A DNA stretch of 64,000 nucleotides from the IMG/VR virus record IMGVR_UViG_3300025961_000410, one strand, 5' to 3'. A program made the position numbers and the translations under genes. A model generated the notes under the pieces. The model ran no database searches, was not told the origin of the DNA, and was given only the letters and a program-made list of their open reading frames with translations. The DNA is from an uncultured virus (IMG/VR IMGVR_UViG_3300025961_000410). Taxonomy: Duplodnaviria; Heunggongvirae; Uroviricota; Caudoviricetes. Each line of letters opens with the position of its first letter. Positions within the stretch are counted from its first letter, which is position 1. This document shows, piece by piece, positions 50,701-59,852 of the stretch.

Positions 50701-51462
50701 TCATATTGAAGTTGTATGATAAGGCATTATCACTCGAACTTTTGAGATTAGAAGCTTCTTGAAAAACTCCTGACTTCTTTGACCTTTTCTCAGCTCTTCG
50801 GCAGCTTGGTGAGTGATAGACCTAGCCATGCTATAACCTTGGTTATCTACACTGCTATATTTGCTAAGAGAGCTTACTTTACCTTGGCTATCGTCAAGAT
50901 TAGCAAGAGCAAATTCCCAATTAGCAAGGTTTTCATACCAGTCTAGAAGGTAATCTTTCCTATCCGATTCGTAGCTTAGATAGTACGAATGCTCCCATAG
51001 ATCACAGCAGAGAAGTGGGGTTTGCTCATCAAGTGGGTTATCAGCATCTTTTGTAGTAACCCACTTGACATCTCCAGAATCAGTCTTAATTAGCCACACC
51101 CAACCAGAGCCAAAAAACTCATCAGTAAGGTCTTCAAAAGCTTTCTTGAAGTGTTCAAGACTACCATAAGAGTCTATAGCAAGTTGGGATAAGGTTTGAG
51201 GAATATCACAACCGTCGGGAACCATACTATCCCAAAAGAATTGGTGGTTCCAGACTTGCAATGCATTAGCTTGAAGTTCGTTTCCAGCTAACCTCATCAG
51301 AATGTCTAGGTCGACGTCCTCTAGAGCTGTACCTTCAACAGCTTTATTAACCTTCTCTACATACTTCTTGTAATGAGAATGATAATGAACATACAGCTGA
51401 TGGTAGCTAATGTATGGTTCTAGAGCATCAAAAGCATAAGGTAAAGGTTCTGTAGTGATCAT
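50701..51462 (-). CDS. sod: Fe/Mn superoxide dismutase with C-terminal extension
   Basis: LPYAFDALEPYIS, HYHSHYKKYV, WNHQFFW, FGSGWVWL, DLWEHSYY; ATG at 51462 preferred. Confidence 0.9.
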   Translation of the reverse strand: MITTEPLPYAFDALEPYISYHQLYVHYHSHYKKYVEKVNKAVEGTALEDVDLDILMRLAGNELQANALQVWNHQFFWDSMVPDGCDIPQTLSQLAIDSYGSLEHFKKAFEDLTDEFFGSGWVWLIKTDSGDVKWVTTKDADNPLDEQTPLLCCDLWEHSYYLSYESDRKDYLLDWYENLANWEFALANLDDSQGKVSSLSKYSSVDNQGYSMARSITHQAAEELRKGQRSQEFFKKLLISKVRVIMPYHTTSI

Positions 51463-51555
51463 GTTGACCTCACACATCTGCAGCTATAGCGATTGCAACG
51501 TATACAAAGAACCCACATAGGAATTACCAAATCCATCATTCGCTCCTATACCAAT

Positions 51556-54500
51556 TCATCGCTTAAACTCTTTACCAGCAAAGAACTCACTCGAAATCAA
51601 TTTGTAAACTTCTGGGTCTAGTCTTTCCAGACTCCATGGTTTTGTCATGAATGCTATCAAACTTTCTCTAAAGAAGCTTTCAGCATCTTTTCCAGCAGTT
51701 GTGTTTATGTAGGAATTCTTTTCAGCTTCAGATTGAATTGACTCACCATCTAGAGTCCAGATTGGAGCTGATGCTCTATAGGTTAGAATGGTTTCAACAT
51801 CTTCCTCTGAAACACCAACAGACTCTAGAATACTGGTTAGAGCCTTATCAGAGCATTCTCTCAGCTTCTTAGTTAGACCTATACACTCGTCATTACCTTG
51901 ATAGTACGTCTGTACTAAATTCTGAGTAGAGTCTTGTAATAAGTCAACCGTTGCTTTTTCTAGGTTGGGGGCTTTAACCTGTTCGGGTGAACGCTTAAAA
52001 AGCTTTTCCCATTCTTTGTGGATTCCGGGCTCTTTATCCCAAATAGACGTCGACCATGCTTTACTAAAAACATCACCAATAGGTTCAAACTCAGATGCGT
52101 AACTAGAGATATGAAGAGTATCGGTATCAGGATCATGCCAGCTTGAAACAGTTCCTTCATAATTCTTTTCTGGTTTGGCTTTTAGTTGATAGTCATCGTT
52201 TTTGTAAACATCTTGCGAGAAAATTGCTTTTGGTGGAGCATGCTTAGCATAGGGTGATTGATCAATCTTGGTAGTGGTTTTAACCAACTCATCCCTACTT
52301 TCAACTGGAACTTTTTCAAACGTTGTTATGGGTGTATTAACAGAATCGATGATGACATCTGAGAGGTCGAGTTTTGAGTCATCAAATTCTGGTCCACCCC
52401 GTACGAACTGGTCTGGATGTGTTTCATCGTACTTCTTTGAGAACTCATCAAAGGTAAGATATGCGATAACAGGATTAAGCCCACACTTGCAAGCGGGATG
52501 GGAGTAATGACTTAAAGGATACCGACCACCCTCGGACAGCATCTTCTCAATTTCAAACTCTTGTCCATCTAAGGCTCTGCAAGTTACACAGGTTCGAGGA
52601 TCATCTTTATGAGCTAGCCACTTAACCTTTAGTATGCCTTGCTCTAGATAACCATTCAACTGTGCCACTGTAAAACCATTTACAGCTTCAGTACGCATTA
52701 TCAACTGAAGACGATGTTGCTGGCTATCGTATAGATCTTTTAAGGATTCTTTCAGCTTTGCTCTAGAGGCCTCATCCTTATAATCGGTTTCTTCCTTACG
52801 TTTCTTAGCCTCTTCTTTAACAATCTCGTTGGCAAGATCTATTGGATTAACGTTCTCAGCTCCAGGCTCAGTCAGTTTCTTAAGGATCTGATCACGCAAA
52901 TCTTTGTTCGAAATACTCTTAACCTTAGCTAAGGCAGTATCCTTAATCTCTGCCAGCATCCTGACATCTTCATGGGTATCAATGGTTACTGCTTCCTTCA
53001 AGAAGGCTTGCTTACCATTCTTTGATCGAAGCTTATTTAGCTTCTTCTCATGAAAGTTGGTTAAGCTGTAAGCCTTGGACTTACCTTCGCTATAAAGACC
53101 TGTAAAAGCATTGGTAACCTGTTCATGGTCTACGTTTTGAAGCTGTTTTCTAACAGAGTCCTCAACTAAAATTCGTATTGAGTCAGGTTCAACTCTCTGT
53201 CCACTGTCAAGACGCTTCTCGATCTCCGTCCAAGCCTTGTTGAAAGCTTTATCCCAGCCATCGACGATCTCATTTTCAAGCTGTTTGACATATCGCTTTG
53301 CTTTTTGAGGCAACTTTGATCTGTGTAAAGCAGCTTGCCAGCCTTCTCTACTAGCATAGTTTGCTGCAGGGTCAAAGTCTGGGGTTTTAATAGCAATTCT
53401 ACGAACTGTTTTATTTCCACCGATATCTCCAAACCCCATTACCAGCTGTACAGTCGTTGGGACACCACCACTTCGTCGTCTTTTAACCTCAAAATCAGCC
53501 GCCTCACCAACTAAAAAGTTGTCAGTCTTTATGAGAGGTTTAGGTGGGCCTACTCCTTTTCCGGCCACGACAAAAGGGCGGGGCGTCTCCAGTGCCTTAG
53601 CAGTTAGAGCATGAAATTCTGCATCCGATAACATACCTGCATCATCAGGTAAAGAATCAAGAGCTGCCAAGAATGATGCTGATGGTGGAAGAACCTTCTC
53701 CTTAACCAAGATCTCCTTCAGATCATTGATATCGTTATCTGGATAACCCTGTGAGGTTAAGAACTCATCAATACAATTCCATGCAGTCTCAGGATCACCA
53801 TCTTGGAGAAGAACGTAGGGGTTATCAACCTGATTAACCGAATCTTGTTCTGGTATCAATCCTGACCAGAACGCCGAACCAGTCTCACCTGTGTCAAGTA
53901 ACTCCACCAACGCCTGAACGTTATCAATATCCCAGTTGTGATACCTACCCTCTTCGTCCCAGATCGAAGGAGCCTGTTCAATTTGAGTTTCGTCGTCAGC
54001 AGACTTGCTTTCAGGCTCAGCTTCACTTGGCTCTGAACTTGGTTGCTGTTGAGGGTTTCTAGGGTTTGGAGGAGGTTGACCACCTGGCGCCGGTGAAGCT
54101 TTATCCTCTGCAGGTGGATCCTTTTTAATAGTCTCGTCTGTTTTGTCGACGACTTTTTTAATCTCATCAGGTTCCCCCTTCTCTTGTGAAACCCCAAACT
54201 CCTCACGGACCTGTTTCTCGAATTTATCCTCTTCGATGCCTTTCTTCAGCTCATCCTCAAAGGACAAACCTACAGCAGCCATCTTCTTACCCTTCGAGAT
54301 CCTGATTCCCATCCCTTCCAGCTGTTCATAAGCTGCTACAAGGTCTTTATCGACCATGGGATTGAGTTTGTTTGCCCAATCAATCTTGGGGATGATTAAG
54401 CGTTTCTTAAGCTCAATACCAGATCGCTTGATACGGACTCTATGGTTAAGCTCAGATTGATCTCGTTGGACGAAATCGTTGATCTCAGCAACCGGAGTAA

Positions 54501-55845
54501 AGAACTTTGGACGAATCCAAACATTTTCGAAGTAATTTCGCATTGCCAGCAGTCGACGAAGAAAGATTTGGAGACCTGCTGTAGCGCTAGCAAAAGTAAC
54601 TTCGCCAGTTAAGAAGCTTCTAGACAGCCCCATAGCGACTAGTTTGATACGCTCGATTACATCCCACTCTCTGTTGATCGTCATAACCCGGTCGGTAGTA
54701 CCAAAGGCTTCTAACGATAACCCGTAATGAAAGGTAATCCAAGCATGCGGGTCTAGCTCTGCTTGAGCTACTAACTCCGCAAATCGCCTCTCATGCTCTG
54801 GACCTGGAATCCAGTTGGTCTGCGGGTTACCTAGCTTTGCAATCTTGAGAGGACCTGCATGGCGTCTAGCAGTAGCAATTGATGCGTTGAAGATCGCATC
54901 TTCATACATGAGAATACGCCACATACGCGCAATAATGCTGGTCCCTCTAGTATCATAAGGGTGCATTTTACGAGCGATGAAGGTAGCGTTCACTTCAGTA
55001 TTCAGCGGGATGTTCTGCCGAGCATACAGCTTTGCTATAAGCTCTGGTGGCATCTTTTCACGAATCGCTTGAAGCTTGGGATCAGTGGAAGTTAGAATTG
55101 CCCTTAGACGATCGTCTGGAATGAACTCTACTACGGGGTCCATCTTAATGAATGGAGCATCTACAACTTCTAGCTGATCAGGATTGTGCAACGCAATGTA
55201 GGTCCACATTCCTTGCTTATCGTCAAAGAAGTTATGTGGACACACCTCACCAATACCTAGAAATTCTCTCACCATCGCTGGGAGAATTCCCATGATGTTG
55301 GTCTCTTCCCACATATTTTCGTAAAGCTGTCGAATTTCTCCTGTCACGCCTTGGCCTGTAAGCTTACAATCAGACCAGGGCATTTCAGAATACATTTCTA
55401 GGCCAGTTCCAATCACTGGATCAAGCTTGATGAAAAGTCTCCAATAACGATTGGCTAATATCCTGTGTACGGGATATTGCTGTCGATCCGGAGACTCGAA
55501 TTCCGGTTGATATGGGCGCATTTGGGTGGTTAAATTTCTTGGGCCACCCTGCTGGAACCCACCACCTTGCATCAACCCAGCACCACTCATAGCAGAACGT
55601 CTAGCATCCCAATTTGCCCCTTTGGGAAGCTCACCACTAAATAAATCTCGACGTTGATCAATAGGGTTTGATGATGCAATACGAGGCATCATCTTGCTCA
55701 TTCGATCATTCAAATCGGCCATCTGATTTGGAGTCATCCCATGGATTAACTCTTGCTTCGACGACGAATAAGGATTCGAGCTGGCTTGACGACGAGAATC
55801 ACCATACGATGACCCAGGAATAATCAGATCGCCTTTAAGACTCAT
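51556..55845 (-). CDS. Portal protein fused to MuF (SPP1 gp7-like) domain and a C-terminal zincin-like remnant
   Basis: N-terminal ~550 aa portal-like (DPVIGTGLEMYSEMP, RGTSIIARMWRILMYEDAI). MuF motif IMRTE...KWLAHKDDPRTCVTCRALDG...HPACKC. C-terminal 'ESFFRESL...LERLDPEVY'. Confidence 0.75.
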   Translation of the reverse strand: MSLKGDLIIPGSSYGDSRRQASSNPYSSSKQELIHGMTPNQMADLNDRMSKMMPRIASSNPIDQRRDLFSGELPKGANWDARRSAMSGAGLMQGGGFQQGGPRNLTTQMRPYQPEFESPDRQQYPVHRILANRYWRLFIKLDPVIGTGLEMYSEMPWSDCKLTGQGVTGEIRQLYENMWEETNIMGILPAMVREFLGIGEVCPHNFFDDKQGMWTYIALHNPDQLEVVDAPFIKMDPVVEFIPDDRLRAILTSTDPKLQAIREKMPPELIAKLYARQNIPLNTEVNATFIARKMHPYDTRGTSIIARMWRILMYEDAIFNASIATARRHAGPLKIAKLGNPQTNWIPGPEHERRFAELVAQAELDPHAWITFHYGLSLEAFGTTDRVMTINREWDVIERIKLVAMGLSRSFLTGEVTFASATAGLQIFLRRLLAMRNYFENVWIRPKFFTPVAEINDFVQRDQSELNHRVRIKRSGIELKKRLIIPKIDWANKLNPMVDKDLVAAYEQLEGMGIRISKGKKMAAVGLSFEDELKKGIEEDKFEKQVREEFGVSQEKGEPDEIKKVVDKTDETIKKDPPAEDKASPAPGGQPPPNPRNPQQQPSSEPSEAEPESKSADDETQIEQAPSIWDEEGRYHNWDIDNVQALVELLDTGETGSAFWSGLIPEQDSVNQVDNPYVLLQDGDPETAWNCIDEFLTSQGYPDNDINDLKEILVKEKVLPPSASFLAALDSLPDDAGMLSDAEFHALTAKALETPRPFVVAGKGVGPPKPLIKTDNFLVGEAADFEVKRRRSGGVPTTVQLVMGFGDIGGNKTVRRIAIKTPDFDPAANYASREGWQAALHRSKLPQKAKRYVKQLENEIVDGWDKAFNKAWTEIEKRLDSGQRVEPDSIRILVEDSVRKQLQNVDHEQVTNAFTGLYSEGKSKAYSLTNFHEKKLNKLRSKNGKQAFLKEAVTIDTHEDVRMLAEIKDTALAKVKSISNKDLRDQILKKLTEPGAENVNPIDLANEIVKEEAKKRKEETDYKDEASRAKLKESLKDLYDSQQHRLQLIMRTEAVNGFTVAQLNGYLEQGILKVKWLAHKDDPRTCVTCRALDGQEFEIEKMLSEGGRYPLSHYSHPACKCGLNPVIAYLTFDEFSKKYDETHPDQFVRGGPEFDDSKLDLSDVIIDSVNTPITTFEKVPVESRDELVKTTTKIDQSPYAKHAPPKAIFSQDVYKNDDYQLKAKPEKNYEGTVSSWHDPDTDTLHISSYASEFEPIGDVFSKAWSTSIWDKEPGIHKEWEKLFKRSPEQVKAPNLEKATVDLLQDSTQNLVQTYYQGNDECIGLTKKLRECSDKALTSILESVGVSEEDVETILTYRASAPIWTLDGESIQSEAEKNSYINTTAGKDAESFFRESLIAFMTKPWSLERLDPEVYKLISSEFFAGKEFKR

Positions 55846-58800
55846 TGCATTGCTTTCGCTGAACTATCGATGAAAAATATTGGAACGCAAGTCTGATTGG
55901 TTCGCCAGTAAACCTCTTCATCATTTGCCATGACATACTCACCATAACCATTAGGGAGTAGTTTGTTAGGTTGAATTAAGCTTGAAACCTGCTTTTGATT
56001 TAGATCAATAGCTATCTTAGTTGACTTTGAATGATTTACTCTTGATAGCTTTTCTTTAGGTTTAGATTCAAACCCGATCACTACAAACTCTTTCTCTTGC
56101 TCGTTATAGCTACCAAAGGGTTTAGCTCCAAGAGGATCTTGACTAGCGCCTTGCCCTTGAAATTTTGTCAACAGGTTCTGGGGAATTCTAAGATTGTGAT
56201 CTATGAAGACTTGGTGAACTGGCATGTCTTCTTTTTCAAAAACGATACCTCCCCCTTTAGCAAAGTCTTTTCCTTTACTGTACAGAGAGGTCCAACTAGA
56301 TGCCGGATTCATTTCGATTTTACAACTGCCATAAGCCTTCTCAGCTGCTTCCATCTTTTTGACTATTGGATCGTGACCTGTATCATAGATCCCTCGATAT
56401 AGATGAAGGTTACTCACCCCAGCTTTTTTATAGACTGATTGGGTTAAAGCATATGAGGTTAAGACCAAATCTGCTCGGCTTGGGCCTTTAACCCAATACT
56501 TCTTCCCCTCTGGAGTTTGTACCATCGAGACATCTGATTCCTCTACTCCATAATACGCTGCCACATCAGTTGAATTTTTCCAACTTATACCCATAGGTGG
56601 GTTGACTACAGGAAATACTGATGGAGCGTTGGGATCTTTTTTGTTGAAAAGCACCTCATATTCGCAAACAATATAAGCTGATGGATCAAGCCCCATATCC
56701 CTAACTGCATACACCCCTCTCTCAGCCAACAATGTATAACTAGCTGAACCTGGAACTGCATATTGGTAATCGTCTGATGCAAAAGAATCAAAAGGTTCTA
56801 AGCTTGGTTGTTTAGGTGATTTGGGTGCTCTACTTATCCCCAACTGATCTAAGGTTTCATGTAACACTGTTGCACCTTTAGATACCGACGAATCTTTCCA
56901 ATCCATGGTGATTGAAAACAACCCAACTGAGTTCATAAGCCCCATATGCGAAGCAGCTTTGGCAGCGATTTCAGAAATGGGAGTTGCTGCCGGTAAGGAT
57001 GCTAAGCAATCACCAAAGTACTGATGAAGTTGGTCAAACCTTCTAGCATGCTCCTCAGACATCCACTGAATTGGGTGGTCAGCTGCATACTTCTTACGAA
57101 CTTCTTCTGCTCCAGATGCTGGTGGCTGAACCTTAAAAATTGGCTTAGGAGCTGAAACTTGGCCTGGTAAAGATGGCAATACGCTCATCCCCACCTTATG
57201 GCTAGCTAAGACAAATCCAGTCGGTGTTTTTACTACAACACCAGCTTTTAACGCTTTTTCAATAAAAGACTTTGGACTAGTTTTGAAACCAATATTCTTC
57301 AATCCCTGCTCAAGAGTTTCCATCCCCGTATCAGCAGCAAGTGATTGTAAGATAAAGAAGCCCAGGTTTGGCTGTTGCTTTGGAGCAGGTACTGAAATAC
57401 CTAAAATCTTAGCTGCTGCTTCTGCAGTTAATGGTTTAACTGCATGGCCTGCTAAGACATACTTCCCGTTTCCTGCTTCTGTTACAACCCCTTTAGCTAC
57501 AGCATTTGAGATAAAGCTACTAGGCTTCTGAGCATAGCCAAGTTTCTTCACTAACTCATGCAATTCACCGATAGTCTTCGGCTCTAAAAGGTTTTGCAGC
57601 ACAGCATAACCTAGAGTATTAGAGCTAACACCCATTGTTTTAGCAGCATCTAATGGGTTTATAGCTTTTGGTGTATTAGCTATCGAAACCTTACTAGCAG
57701 TCGAAATCGAACTAGTTGGGTCTGATGTTGGACTGTTACTCTCAGCGGGTGTTGGGACTACAGGAGCAACTGAAACCTGAGGCTGCTTAATTACTAAAGG
57801 AGGTGGGGGTCCACCAAATGGTACAAATGAAGATTGAGTTGTCTTTACTGTTTGCCAATTATCTGGTAATTCCGTCGTAGGGCTTAACGAAAGCTTTCCG
57901 TTGTTTTCTACCACCTGTCCAGTAGCTAGCAAACCATCCAATTCTGATTGGACTGTGGGTTGAAGGCCACTAAGTGTAGCTTTAGCAGGGTTCGCCTTAA
58001 TAAACGATAGCAGTTGTTGGACAACAGGCGAGACGGTTTTTAAATCTATTGACTGGGGAGTTGGCCATTTAAAACCACTAGGAAAACGTACGGTTTGACC
58101 TGTAGGTGTTTTTACTAGCTGCAATATGCCTTCTGCTAAGAGTTTATCGACGGTATTTTGTATCTCTGGTTGAAAGGTATGTTTACCATAATACGCTGTA
58201 CCAGAATTTATCAGAATAGATTTCAGTGCTTTTCTAGCGTTCTCTGGTAACGAGTTTAGCTGTTCAAGACCTTTGACCATAAGCTGCCCAGTAAATGGGC
58301 ATACTGTTTTTGGTCGATGCTTAATATGACAGTGGGGACACTCAATGCCAACTGGTGAAAGATCGATGTTCTGTACTGCTGGCCAGTTAACAACAAGGTT
58401 AGATCCTTCAAGAGTTGCTAACTGCTTTTTAACTAGAAAAGCAATTCCAGTTTGATATGGAGAGTCTGTAATGTCTAAAGTCTGACCTGGGGTTATGCTT
58501 GCAGTTGTCAGTAAGTGGTTTAACTCTATACCTGTAGTGTGAGTACCGGCTAAGGACTTTAGCGACCAAGAGTTGATGGGCTGCTTTAGGTCTGGTGAAA
58601 GCTCAACTGTCCCATCTGGATTCTTGGTGCTGGGTTGAGGAAGACCATCAGGCTTATCAGCGATATTTGTATTTAGTTTAGCTTGAGGCTTGACAGCAAA
58701 GAGATGATTTTGAAAATCTTTAAATACCAACCCTTTGTCTAGCAGTGGTTGTAGATCACTAAGGTTAGTGATATCGCTATCTGTAAGAACTCCAAGCCCT

Positions 58801-59852
58801 TTAGCTATTTCGTTGTATAGATTAGCCTGCAAAATAGTCGTAGAACTGTTAACCACCTCTGGAGAAGGCTTCGATCCTGTAAGAGATTCCCAAAACTTAG
58901 ATAAAGCATCTGGACTAGCTAAGAGGGAAGGATCAACAACATCCACTCCTTCTGGGACTGGTGGAACTTCTCGAAAAGTTCCTTTAAAGGGTGCTATCTT
59001 ACCCCCATCCACCAACTCTTGAAGGTATGGGCCATAGTTACCTTCTAAATCAGCAACACTAAAAACAGTACCACCTTTCACACTGGAAAGAAGGTTTTTA
59101 GCAATATTGCTTAGTTCCTGATCTACCTTACTCTTTATAAATCCCCCAGTTATGTACCTATCATTTTGACCTGGAACTTTAGCAGGAATTTTTGCAACAA
59201 TGCCAAACTTCATAGCATCAGCTAGAAGCTTCTCTGCTAAAGCTACATCAGGTTTTGATGAGCTTGGAGGTTTTGGCATTGTCTCTAGCAACTCAGAGAT
59301 GGACATTCCTGTCTCTCCTGATGTTGCTAGATGCTTCAACATTGTGAAGCCTTTGCCAGCTGGGTTCCAACCTAACTTCTGAAGATCTGCTGGAGTAGGT
59401 TCTTTAAATACGGGGGTTTCATAACCAGGTTTTGCTTGGTTAACTGTCTCTACGTTTTCTGAGGTATCTTTGCTGTTAGGTGGGATCAGAGTGGGTTGAG
59501 AGTTAGTACCCTTTTGCTTCTGAAACCATGGACATTTAGTAGTCTTATGATGATTGACCCCACAGTGGTTGCAGTAGTTTGGCCCTTTGCCAACAGCCTT
59601 TTTAGTGGCTGTTTTAACGTCTAGCATACTAAAATCATCCATTGGTATAGCAAGATCAGTACCTTCGTTTGGAGCTGAAGGTAGATCATAATTCTGGTCA
59701 GGTACTACATCAATAGGTCCGACTGCTAGTTTATCCTGAAACCATTCACCTTTTACCATTTCCGTGTAATATGGCTCAGTGACATATACAGGTTCTGTTG
59801 GTACGGTTTCCCAACCTTTAGTCAAATCACCCAACAGCAAGTTGTCAGTCAT
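55842..59852 (-). CDS. Large multidomain protein: Zn-knuckles, winged-helix-like repeats, C-terminal ADP-ribosyltransferase-like domain
   Basis: LYRG...SSWTS...EKEFVV (R-S-E ART pattern); repeated 'LGxxxLQxL...L.....GF/Y...P.SFI..A...GVV.....YVLA.H'; two CxxC-H-C motifs. Confidence 0.6.
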   Translation of the reverse strand: MTDNLLLGDLTKGWETVPTEPVYVTEPYYTEMVKGEWFQDKLAVGPIDVVPDQNYDLPSAPNEGTDLAIPMDDFSMLDVKTATKKAVGKGPNYCNHCGVNHHKTTKCPWFQKQKGTNSQPTLIPPNSKDTSENVETVNQAKPGYETPVFKEPTPADLQKLGWNPAGKGFTMLKHLATSGETGMSISELLETMPKPPSSSKPDVALAEKLLADAMKFGIVAKIPAKVPGQNDRYITGGFIKSKVDQELSNIAKNLLSSVKGGTVFSVADLEGNYGPYLQELVDGGKIAPFKGTFREVPPVPEGVDVVDPSLLASPDALSKFWESLTGSKPSPEVVNSSTTILQANLYNEIAKGLGVLTDSDITNLSDLQPLLDKGLVFKDFQNHLFAVKPQAKLNTNIADKPDGLPQPSTKNPDGTVELSPDLKQPINSWSLKSLAGTHTTGIELNHLLTTASITPGQTLDITDSPYQTGIAFLVKKQLATLEGSNLVVNWPAVQNIDLSPVGIECPHCHIKHRPKTVCPFTGQLMVKGLEQLNSLPENARKALKSILINSGTAYYGKHTFQPEIQNTVDKLLAEGILQLVKTPTGQTVRFPSGFKWPTPQSIDLKTVSPVVQQLLSFIKANPAKATLSGLQPTVQSELDGLLATGQVVENNGKLSLSPTTELPDNWQTVKTTQSSFVPFGGPPPPLVIKQPQVSVAPVVPTPAESNSPTSDPTSSISTASKVSIANTPKAINPLDAAKTMGVSSNTLGYAVLQNLLEPKTIGELHELVKKLGYAQKPSSFISNAVAKGVVTEAGNGKYVLAGHAVKPLTAEAAAKILGISVPAPKQQPNLGFFILQSLAADTGMETLEQGLKNIGFKTSPKSFIEKALKAGVVVKTPTGFVLASHKVGMSVLPSLPGQVSAPKPIFKVQPPASGAEEVRKKYAADHPIQWMSEEHARRFDQLHQYFGDCLASLPAATPISEIAAKAASHMGLMNSVGLFSITMDWKDSSVSKGATVLHETLDQLGISRAPKSPKQPSLEPFDSFASDDYQYAVPGSASYTLLAERGVYAVRDMGLDPSAYIVCEYEVLFNKKDPNAPSVFPVVNPPMGISWKNSTDVAAYYGVEESDVSMVQTPEGKKYWVKGPSRADLVLTSYALTQSVYKKAGVSNLHLYRGIYDTGHDPIVKKMEAAEKAYGSCKIEMNPASSWTSLYSKGKDFAKGGGIVFEKEDMPVHQVFIDHNLRIPQNLLTKFQGQGASQDPLGAKPFGSYNEQEKEFVVIGFESKPKEKLSRVNHSKSTKIAIDLNQKQVSSLIQPNKLLPNGYGEYVMANDEEVYWRTNQTCVPIFFIDSSAKAMQ

